From: a virus | Lineage: Duplodnaviria > Heunggongvirae > Uroviricota > Caudoviricetes | DNA: 64,000 nucleotides | Direction: 5' to 3' (one strand) | Virus record (IMG/VR): IMGVR_UViG_3300036766_001364 | Coordinates: 1 to 64,000 of that record | Shown here: in pieces, positions 55,090 through 62,830 of the stretch | Numbering within the stretch: position 1 is the first letter of the stretch | Layout of the letters: each line of letters begins with the position of its first letter | The notes under the pieces: generated by a model | Databases searched by the model: none | Told to the model about the DNA's origin: nothing | Seen by the model: only the letters and a program-made list of their open reading frames with translations | Program-made: the position numbers and the translations under genes

Positions 55090-57315
55090 GTGAACTCTCA
55101 GCCTACGGCCATTGGGGTTCACATATACTCTGGCGCCTTTGTTTTAGGATTCCGTGAAAAATTCAAGGTGCTTGGAAAGTGGGAGGAGCTCGACGCTGGC
55201 GCTGAGACATTCAGAATAAACTTGGGTCACGAGATCCCACAGATCATTTCACGACAGGGATTAGACGGTTGGCCGATCGATCAGCATCGCGGCCGTGTGA
55301 ACGTCGTGTTCGCGAACCCGCCGTGCTTTTCGGCGGACACTGTCGTTCTGACTGAGAACGGTTGGGAGAAGATCGGCAAGCTCGTGAAATCCAGATCCAC
55401 CGATAGGGTCTGGGCTATCGGCAGCGACGGCGCGATGGGTTTTCATCGCATCGACGGCTGGCACGACAATCCGTATACAGGCGATCTGTACGCCGTGTCG
55501 TTGAAACACGGCAGGGGCGGAAGTTGGGGGAAGCGACCCGCGATCGCGACGTATAACCATCGCTTTTTGACGACGCGCGGGTGGGTTCAGGCCGCGTCGC
55601 TTCAGCAGGATGATCTGGTGGCCACCGGTGAGATCGCTCCCAATGCGCGGCAGCGCGAGCTCATCGACGGCATGATGCTTGGAGACGCCACTATCAAGGC
55701 ACGACAAGCGCAGTTTGGCACGTCACAGACGTGTGAGGAGCTCGTCGCCATGAAACGCGATGCTCTGGGCGATCTCGTGTGTGGCGACGGTGTCGAACCG
55801 CGAGGGATGGGCGGAGACGGATATTTTCGCCGGCCGCTTCATGGCTTTTATTGCAAGACGTTGAACTGGGCGAAGGTCGAACGCGAGCGCTGGTACGGGG
55901 GCGACGGTCGGAAGATCGTGCCTGTCGACGTCCGATTGACCGACCTCGCTCTCGCCGTTTGGTTTATGGACGATGGCCACGGGATAGGTCAGAGATGGTC
56001 ACATCGCCCCGAGTATAAAACTCGGTATCACGGTCCTTGGCTGTCGATGGCTACCTGCAGTTTCGATGCGACGAGCCTTGAGATACTCACGCGCGGTCTG
56101 GAAGCGATCGGCATAACGGCGGTTCAACACCGGCGAAAGAGCGGCTACGTGGATCTCGAGATAAGGGGCGAATCGGCGATCGCGTTCATCGATCGTATCG
56201 GGCGGTTCGTGCCGCCATCGATGCGCTACAAGCTGCCCGACTGGGCTCCGGGGTTTGAACAGGACAACTGGCAGCTTGGCGCGTCGATCACCGGTTGGGA
56301 CAGTCCCGTGGTCGTGAATCGCGGTCCGGCGCCAGACAGTTTTAGAGCGTACTGTCTGGACGTTCCCGAAGCCCAGAATTTCGTGACGCGCGGCGGCGTC
56401 GTCCATAACTGTGCTATCTGGTCGACGATGGGGTCGCGGCTGGGCGAGAACGACCCGCGGATCGTGTTCACCAAGAACTGCGCAGAACTCGCAAAGCGGC
56501 TCGAACCGGATTTCTTCGTCATGGAGTCCGTCTGTAGAGCGTGGAGCCCGACAGGCGGCAGGCCGACCTACACGCGCATGGCGCAGGAATTTGGCGCTCT
56601 CGGGTACGCGACGACTATATTCATGACGAACACCATGCTCCACGGAGCTCCGCAGTCGCGCGAACGCTTTCACTTCATCGCGCATCGATACGCCATAGAC
56701 CTCCACGGGCCAGACATGCGAACGTTCAGGCCGGCGACCGTCAGAGACGCGATCGGAGACCTCGAAGAGAGCGCGGTGTCGACGGTCTCAGGGAGGGATC
56801 CGACGCTCGCGAACCATGTCTATCCCGTGCTCTCTCCGAGCGAGATGAACGTCGTGAAGCGCATGTGCCCGGGCGAGGGCTGGGACGTCGGCATCGGACG
56901 CTGCATCGAGGACGGCGTCCCGTTCCGCAAGTCCAGGTTCCTGGCCGGACGCATGGAATACGATCGGCCGTCGCGCACGATGGTCGACATCTCGTGTGTG
57001 TTCCATCCCGCGCGCGATCGCATCATTACGATGCGCGAGGGGGCGAGGCTCTGCGGGTACCCAGACTGGTTCAGGTTCTCGGACTCTCCGTCGAACCGCA
57101 CGTATGGGGCAGAGCACGTCGAGCTCACCCAGGCGGCCCTGCCGTTCATGGGCAGGTTCCTCGGAGACGAATTCGCGCGCGCCCTAGACAGGGCCGACGG
57201 CGTCCGACCGACGGCGTCCGCAGACGACATCAAGGTGGTGGACCTGAGGCCGCTCACGGCGCGGTTCGGGCCGCGTTCGCTCAGAGAGCTGCAGACCGAC
57301 GACACGGTAGCATGA
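55090..57315 (+). CDS. DNA (cytosine-5)-methyltransferase-like protein interrupted by an intein (extein about 379 aa)
   Basis: Extein motif IV FANPP|C-AIWSTMGSRLGENDPR (compare GPPCQAFSxxGKxKGxxDxR), ESV (ENV-like), HGAPQSRERFHFIA (motif VIII QxRxR); N-terminal IYSGAFVLGF is a degenerate motif I. Confidence 0.75.
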   Translation: MNSQPTAIGVHIYSGAFVLGFREKFKVLGKWEELDAGAETFRINLGHEIPQIISRQGLDGWPIDQHRGRVNVVFANPPCFSADTVVLTENGWEKIGKLVKSRSTDRVWAIGSDGAMGFHRIDGWHDNPYTGDLYAVSLKHGRGGSWGKRPAIATYNHRFLTTRGWVQAASLQQDDLVATGEIAPNARQRELIDGMMLGDATIKARQAQFGTSQTCEELVAMKRDALGDLVCGDGVEPRGMGGDGYFRRPLHGFYCKTLNWAKVERERWYGGDGRKIVPVDVRLTDLALAVWFMDDGHGIGQRWSHRPEYKTRYHGPWLSMATCSFDATSLEILTRGLEAIGITAVQHRRKSGYVDLEIRGESAIAFIDRIGRFVPPSMRYKLPDWAPGFEQDNWQLGASITGWDSPVVVNRGPAPDSFRAYCLDVPEAQNFVTRGGVVHNCAIWSTMGSRLGENDPRIVFTKNCAELAKRLEPDFFVMESVCRAWSPTGGRPTYTRMAQEFGALGYATTIFMTNTMLHGAPQSRERFHFIAHRYAIDLHGPDMRTFRPATVRDAIGDLEESAVSTVSGRDPTLANHVYPVLSPSEMNVVKRMCPGEGWDVGIGRCIEDGVPFRKSRFLAGRMEYDRPSRTMVDISCVFHPARDRIITMREGARLCGYPDWFRFSDSPSNRTYGAEHVELTQAALPFMGRFLGDEFARALDRADGVRPTASADDIKVVDLRPLTARFGPRSLRELQTDDTVA
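55324..56409 (+). mobile_element. Intein (362 aa) with a LAGLIDADG homing-endonuclease domain, inserted directly before the PC-motif catalytic Cys
   Basis: Block A CFSADTVVLTENG, block B ATYNHRF, two LAGLIDADG blocks LIDGMMLGDATI and AVWFMDDGHGIG, C-terminal VVHN followed by Cys+1. Confidence 0.75.
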
Positions 57316-57319
57316 TCGC

Positions 57320-58267
57320 ATGACAGATCCCTTCGTCGTCATAGAGGGCATAGATGGAGCGGGGAAATCTACGCTCGCCAGGGCTTTCGTCGCTCAAGGG
57401 ATGGCGTACGGACACTTTGGTCCACCCGACAGACCCGCGTACCGATTCTACTCAGAGATCTTTGACCGCCACCCACACCAGGCGACCGTCGTCGATCGGA
57501 TGCACGTCGGGAGCTTCGTGTATGGCACGATCTTTCGCGGGATGGACGAACTGACGCCCTACGAGCACTGGCTCATCGAGGGCCGGCTCATGGGCCGGAA
57601 CAGCGTCATGGTCTACGCGTGTCCCCCGGCGGTCGCCTCGGATCGCGCGCTCGACCGCGGTCCGCGCGACGCCGTTGAGGAGCTCTATGAGGACGCGAGC
57701 CGACGAGACGACGTGCGCCGGCTCTACGAACAGTACATGAGCAGCATGTCTGCATTGCCGATCTTCGCTTACGATTTCACGGCCGCTCCAGACGCGATGC
57801 AGCGCACTGTGTCTGAGGTGATGGCGACGCTCGCGTATTTCTCTGATGCGCCCCGCCCCGTGGCGTCGGCAGACCCATTTGGGAATGCCTATTCTCCACA
57901 GTACTGTCTCGTCGGCGCTGCGCCGAGTCGCTACCTGCACGGGGCGCTCGTCGCCGCTCGAATACGGTTGAATGCCACGTGCATCGTTGGGCGGCTGCCG
58001 GACGATTATGAACCGAGCGAGTTCTGGCTGTCGACAGTCTTCGTCGCGCTTGGCAGGAAGGCGCACGCGCAGCTCGATGAGATGGGAATCAAGCACGTCG
58101 CCGTGCCCCATCCCGGCCTCGTCGAGGCGGCGCATTACGCCGACATCGTCCGCTATGCGAAGGCGATCAGGGGCGATACAGACTTCCCGCTCGATCGCCC
58201 GACGAAGCGCGAAGAGCTCGCAGCGACCGCGTCTAGGCTCAGGAAGATCGGGCTTGTTCTGCCGTGA
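57320..58267 (+). CDS. P-loop deoxynucleoside monophosphate kinase (thymidylate-kinase-like; T4 gp1 analogue) with a C-terminal extension of about 110 aa
   Basis: VVIEGIDGAGKSTLARAF Walker A of the Tmk/dNMP kinase type. Confidence 0.7.
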   Translation: MTDPFVVIEGIDGAGKSTLARAFVAQGMAYGHFGPPDRPAYRFYSEIFDRHPHQATVVDRMHVGSFVYGTIFRGMDELTPYEHWLIEGRLMGRNSVMVYACPPAVASDRALDRGPRDAVEELYEDASRRDDVRRLYEQYMSSMSALPIFAYDFTAAPDAMQRTVSEVMATLAYFSDAPRPVASADPFGNAYSPQYCLVGAAPSRYLHGALVAARIRLNATCIVGRLPDDYEPSEFWLSTVFVALGRKAHAQLDEMGIKHVAVPHPGLVEAAHYADIVRYAKAIRGDTDFPLDRPTKREELAATASRLRKIGLVLP

Positions 58268-59109
58268 AGGTCTACAGGCTCGATGCCCTTGGCACGGGAT
58301 ACGCAGACCTCCTCAGAGACGTCGAGCAGAGCGGCGACATCGTGAGGCCGCGCGGGATGGAGGTCCGCGAGGTCAGGCCGCTCGTGCTCGAGATCTTAGA
58401 TCCGACGCGATCGCTCGTGAAGCGTCCGGGGATCAACCGCGCGCTGATGTGGATGGAGATCGCGCAGCTCATCGCGGGTGAATGGGACGAGGGGCTCATG
58501 CGCGCGATGTCCGCGCAGGCAGCCGTACTCATGTCCGCTCAGGGCGCGTACGGGCCGCGCACGGCGATGCAGCTCGAGCAGGCCGTCCTCGAGCTGGTCC
58601 ACGACGCGGACTCGCGTCGTGCGACTGTGATCGTGGCGCGCGAGAGCGACCTGTTGAAAGCGCGGGCCGGCGCGAATGAACAGCCGTGCACGCTGTCTTG
58701 GCAAGTTTTCGCGAGAGGCGGCAGGCTCGAGATGGTGGTCAGCATGCGCTCGTGGGACCTCGTCTGGGGGCTCGCAAACGACGTGCCGATGTTCACCATG
58801 ATCCAGCGATGTCTCGCGTGGGCGCTCGGCCTCGAAGTCGGGACGTACACCCATGTCGCGGGCAGCGGCCACGTCTATAGCCGCCACTACGGGCTCTGGG
58901 AGCGGGTGTCGCCGACGACCGAGCGGCTCGCGCTCGTGATTCCACGCGATCTGCCAAGCGGCTTCATGGCGCAGGACAGGTGGGTCGGCGTCGTCGCTGG
59001 AGCGATATCGGCTCTCAGGCTCGCGAGGGTCGGTAAGCTTGACGAGCTGCCCGCGCATTGGAGCCACGTCGCTCCCCTCTGGAAGAAGAAGCTGGAGAAT
59101 CATGGCTGA
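58264..59109 (+). CDS. ThyA-fold pyrimidine hydroxymethylase/methylase, predicted deoxycytidylate hydroxymethylase (T4 gp42-like)
   Basis: DSRRATVIVAR; catalytic QPCTLSWQ; MRSWDLVWGLANDVPMF aligns with E. coli [17 protein letters not shown] so that ThyA Asn177 becomes Asp, the cytosine-specificity determinant of gp42; LEVGTYTHVAGSGHVYSRHY. Confidence 0.75.
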   Translation: MKVYRLDALGTGYADLLRDVEQSGDIVRPRGMEVREVRPLVLEILDPTRSLVKRPGINRALMWMEIAQLIAGEWDEGLMRAMSAQAAVLMSAQGAYGPRTAMQLEQAVLELVHDADSRRATVIVARESDLLKARAGANEQPCTLSWQVFARGGRLEMVVSMRSWDLVWGLANDVPMFTMIQRCLAWALGLEVGTYTHVAGSGHVYSRHYGLWERVSPTTERLALVIPRDLPSGFMAQDRWVGVVAGAISALRLARVGKLDELPAHWSHVAPLWKKKLENHG

Positions 59110-60004
59110 CGCCGTGGCCGATCGCCGCATCGGGCTCGACAGGCTCCTCAGGCAGCTGAAGTCCAATGACTGGGTGTCGCGTGCGCTCGACGGGATCGGC
59201 GTCCAGCCGGAAGACGCGTGGGTCCCTCCCAAGCTCGAGATAAACCCGTCGGGGACGGGAGGGCCGTGCGCTCTCGACATCCAGTTCGGCATGCTCGGGC
59301 ACAGGACGCCGATCGCGCCCAAGAATCGACGGCGCATGGACAACGGGACGATGGCCCACCGGAGGTGGTCTGAGTACTTCGAACAGACCAATCTGCTCGT
59401 GGTCGCGTCCAAGAGGCTCAAGCAGGCGGGCGTCTGGAGCGGAGAGATCGATGTCATCGTGAAGAGCCCGGCGACGGGGTCGTTCCATGTCGGCGAGATC
59501 AAGACGACCAACTCGAACAGTTTCGGTCGACTCCCGCGGCAGGTCGCCGACCTCGACGCGATGGCCCTCGCGATGGCGGGGCACAACAAGGCCTACCTCT
59601 TCCAGCTTGCGCAGTACGTCGTCAAGTTCAAGCAGGCGTACTCAGCGCTGTCAGACGAAGCGTTCTTCCTGTTCGAGAACACCGATGACCAGGACTATCG
59701 CGTCCTGTGGCTGCGGATCGGCGCGAACCTCAAGCGCGACGCGTTCCTCAACGGCGAACTCGCGCGACAGGCCACGATCGATGGGCGAGTCATCGAGAGG
59801 CCGTTCGCCAAGGGATCGAGCACGTGCAAGCGTTGCTATCGCAGGAAGGTCTGCGACGACTATCACGCCGGGATCGGGGACGTCGTCCAGCGCGTCGAAG
59901 AAGCGATGTTCAAGGCGGGACAGCTTCCTCCGCCGAGCACGGTATGGACCGAGGGGTTCGACCGCGATCAGTCTGACGAATTCGACGAGGAGATCGCGTG
60001 GTGA
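59101..60004 (+). CDS. PD-(D/E)xK nuclease (RecB/Cas4-like) with a C-terminal Cys cluster
   Basis: IDVIVKSPATGSFHVGEIKTTN (D...E.K); C-terminal CKRCYRRKVCDDYH; ATG at 59101 after GGAG. Confidence 0.55.
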
Positions 60005-60555
60005 CGACAGATTTTGAACTCATCGACACCCAGGTCGAGGAGGGGACTCAGCAGGCTCCCGAGGACGGCATGACGGTGGGAGAGCTGTTCGAGAACGGTC
60101 GCCGCTTCATGCGCGGTCTGAACATGCCGGCGATGCGCAAACCCGTGGGTCACGAGAGTGAGTATGATTTCCCCACCGACGTGACCGTGTTGAGGTCTCC
60201 TCAGCTCGGAGCGTTGCAATTGCGATTGGCGGCGTGGTACACCTATTCGCTGTCGATCATCGGCCGTGAGGAGTCTGAACTCGGGGTCTTCAAAGAGATC
60301 TTCGACGTGAAGGTCGGAGCGGCGATGGCGGTGGAGAAGACGAGGCACGACAAGCTGGTCGCGAAGGAGATCCTGCGATCGATCTGCATCCAGAACGTAC
60401 TGGAGCTCAGGAAGCTGCACAAGGCCATCCTCGCGCGTCAGCACCGTGTGGACCTCATCAAGGCTCAGGCGAACGTCTATCACGAGCAGCTCGTGAGGCT
60501 TTCGCGTGAGCAGAGCAGGCGGGAATCCGAGGCCTCAGTCGGACGCGCGTACTGA
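59998..60555 (+). CDS. Hypothetical protein (185 aa), coiled-coil-like C-terminus
   Basis: ORF in track. Confidence 0.4.
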   Translation: MVTTDFELIDTQVEEGTQQAPEDGMTVGELFENGRRFMRGLNMPAMRKPVGHESEYDFPTDVTVLRSPQLGALQLRLAAWYTYSLSIIGREESELGVFKEIFDVKVGAAMAVEKTRHDKLVAKEILRSICIQNVLELRKLHKAILARQHRVDLIKAQANVYHEQLVRLSREQSRRESEASVGRAY

Positions 60556-60913
60556 TGAGGGCAAGCGCTCGAACAGCCTCGGGTGGGTCGCCGGCGCGTT
60601 CGCGCTTACGACTCCGTCTTCGATGCTCTCGCAAATCACCTGCATCGACGACTGTCCAAACTGTCCGCTGTTCATGAAAGGATGCGCGGGCATGTGCGTC
60701 AGGTGGGACGAATTGGTCTGTCACAACTGTCCCTGTCTGGGGTCTCAATACGCCGACAAGGACGGCGATCCGACGACGGTCGACGCGGTCACGAACGAGC
60801 CGAAGGGTGCTCGCGCAGAGCTTCTAGAGATCCGTCGGATCAGGCGGTTCTTGTGGGACGGTGAACAGGTACCGCTAGAATTGATACTATCTACAAAGGA
60901 GTCAGTCCCATGA
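60506..60913 (+). CDS. Cys-rich hypothetical protein (CIDDCPNCP...CAGMC...CHNCPC); start uncertain
   Basis: ORF in track; overlaps the upstream gene by about 50 nt; an internal Met at about 60623 is an alternative start. Confidence 0.35.
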   Translation: MSRAGGNPRPQSDARTDEGKRSNSLGWVAGAFALTTPSSMLSQITCIDDCPNCPLFMKGCAGMCVRWDELVCHNCPCLGSQYADKDGDPTTVDAVTNEPKGARAELLEIRRIRRFLWDGEQVPLELILSTKESVP

Positions 60914-61527
60914 AGCATCCTACGATAGAACGGGGGTCAAGAAGGCGGGCGGCGAAGCCCGTCGACGGCGTCTCCTCGGTGGACACGCTGACAGAGATCG
61001 ACGCGATCAGAGACGAATACATCGGCGCCAGCGTGGCAGCGATCGAACCGCCTAGTGCCGACGTCGCGGTCAAAGACGAGTCGACGGGACCCGATGAGAC
61101 AGAATCGCTCATTTTACCCACGGCGCCAGGCGAGCTCGTGTCGAGCTGGTACGCGCTCAGGACAGAATACGACGCGGCGCTCGCGCGGACGACGACGATC
61201 GCCGGCGACCTCGAGAAGATCAGGAGCGATCTCCAGCGCTACTATCAGATCGCCGTGCCGTCGTTCGTGTCTGACGACCGGCCCGTGGTGTCGCGCGTCT
61301 CCTCGATATCTGAGAACGCCGACGTCGCCAGCGGCGTCAAGACTTCCGACGCCGTTCAGGGTGAATGGAGCCTTCCCGTGCAGATGCCAGTAAACACAGA
61401 TCAGCTTCAGGACGCTGAGATCGCGAGGATCAGGAGAGAGGCGACGCTCGGCGATTCAGATCAGAGCTTCGCCACGGGCATCGCCAACAAATTCAAGATG
61501 ATCACGGACGGAGGGAAATACAGATGA
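60910..61527 (+). CDS. Hypothetical protein (205 aa)
   Basis: ORF in track. Confidence 0.45.
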   Translation: MKHPTIERGSRRRAAKPVDGVSSVDTLTEIDAIRDEYIGASVAAIEPPSADVAVKDESTGPDETESLILPTAPGELVSSWYALRTEYDAALARTTTIAGDLEKIRSDLQRYYQIAVPSFVSDDRPVVSRVSSISENADVASGVKTSDAVQGEWSLPVQMPVNTDQLQDAEIARIRREATLGDSDQSFATGIANKFKMITDGGKYR

Positions 61528-62126
61528 GCGACGGATTCGGACCGCCGATCACGGTGAGGCCGTCTGTGCTCCTCGACCCGACGGCACAGACGACGGACGT
61601 CCCGTACTACGAGATGATGAGCATGGAGCGCCTCGTGCCGCGGTTCGATCAGTACGGGCCAGAGCTCAAGACGCTCTCGGCCGCGGTGGCGATGCCAGCG
61701 CCAGACGCAGTCGCGGCTTCAGACCCAGAGACCATCGACTTCCTATTCGAGGTCCCGGGCGTGGAGCCAGGACTCTCGTTTGAGGACTTCATCAGGGGCG
61801 CGGCGATCGCGACGCGGACCATCGACAATCGCTGGCATAACGCGATACGCGACGCTCTCATCAGCGTTGGACAGAGCGTGATCGACGGGGGGATGTTGCC
61901 GACGATCGACGTCGACTTCTACGATTCGTTCAAAGTCGTAGAGCGGACGATTTTCGCGAACGGTGAATCGGTGAGCTGGAAGCCGCTCATCGCGTTCACG
62001 GAGGGCGCGTACTGGCTTCTCAGTTTCGTTCAATCGCCCGAGCGACGCCGAGGGAGCATGAGCCCGCTCGAGTTCGTCGAGCGCCGCGTGATGCTCTCGG
62101 CGAGCCTCGGGTACGTCCCGCGATAG
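61524..62126 (+). CDS. Hypothetical protein (200 aa)
   Basis: ORF in track. Confidence 0.45.
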   Translation: MSDGFGPPITVRPSVLLDPTAQTTDVPYYEMMSMERLVPRFDQYGPELKTLSAAVAMPAPDAVAASDPETIDFLFEVPGVEPGLSFEDFIRGAAIATRTIDNRWHNAIRDALISVGQSVIDGGMLPTIDVDFYDSFKVVERTIFANGESVSWKPLIAFTEGAYWLLSFVQSPERRRGSMSPLEFVERRVMLSASLGYVPR

Positions 62127-62143
62127 GGAGGGAGACTGCCGGC

Positions 62144-62830
62144 GTGTCGCTCGTTTCATCGTCTAATATAGAGCGCTTGACGTTGGGCCACCCGTTCTGG
62201 GATGAGGCCGTCGCTATGCGACAGAATCAGTCGGCGATCGGAGCGATCGCCGAACGCGCGCACGCGCTCGGTTACGACGGACTCACCTACGGCGAGATAT
62301 CGCGTGGGCTCAGGCGCGCTCCTGCAGATCTACATCTTCCCATCCAGACGTCGGCGTTCCTGCGCAGACGCTATCTAGAAGTGGCGCGCGATTTCAATTC
62401 GTTCAAGATAATGAAGGACCTCGTCCAGGAGGCGCTGAGCAAGATTGGTGAGTTGGAAGAAGAACTCATGGACCCCGGGATCTCTGGGTCGCGAAAGGCG
62501 ATCATAGAGAGTGAGCTGTACCGCTGGTACGGGCGCGCATTCGGCTGGTCAGAACAGTGTTCTGTCCTCGCGATCAAGATGCAGGGCGTCAACGTCAGGA
62601 GCCCATTCGGCGATGACGATGTCCCAGATCAGGCGCGCGACCAGCGACGGACGACGGACGACATCAAGACTGAGATCGAGGAGTTGGCGAAAGAGTTTCA
62701 ACGGCAGCTGCCATCCCCGCCGTCGCACGACGGCCTCGTCATGCTGTACGGCCCGGACAACGTGCGCCCCGTCGGGGTGGTCATCGACGGCGACACGGGC
62801 GACCTCGACGACGATGACGACGAGGGCTAG
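62144..62830 (+). CDS. Hypothetical protein with an acidic C-terminal tail (DTGDLDDDDDEG)
   Basis: ORF in track. Confidence 0.45.
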   Translation: MSLVSSSNIERLTLGHPFWDEAVAMRQNQSAIGAIAERAHALGYDGLTYGEISRGLRRAPADLHLPIQTSAFLRRRYLEVARDFNSFKIMKDLVQEALSKIGELEEELMDPGISGSRKAIIESELYRWYGRAFGWSEQCSVLAIKMQGVNVRSPFGDDDVPDQARDQRRTTDDIKTEIEELAKEFQRQLPSPPSHDGLVMLYGPDNVRPVGVVIDGDTGDLDDDDDEG

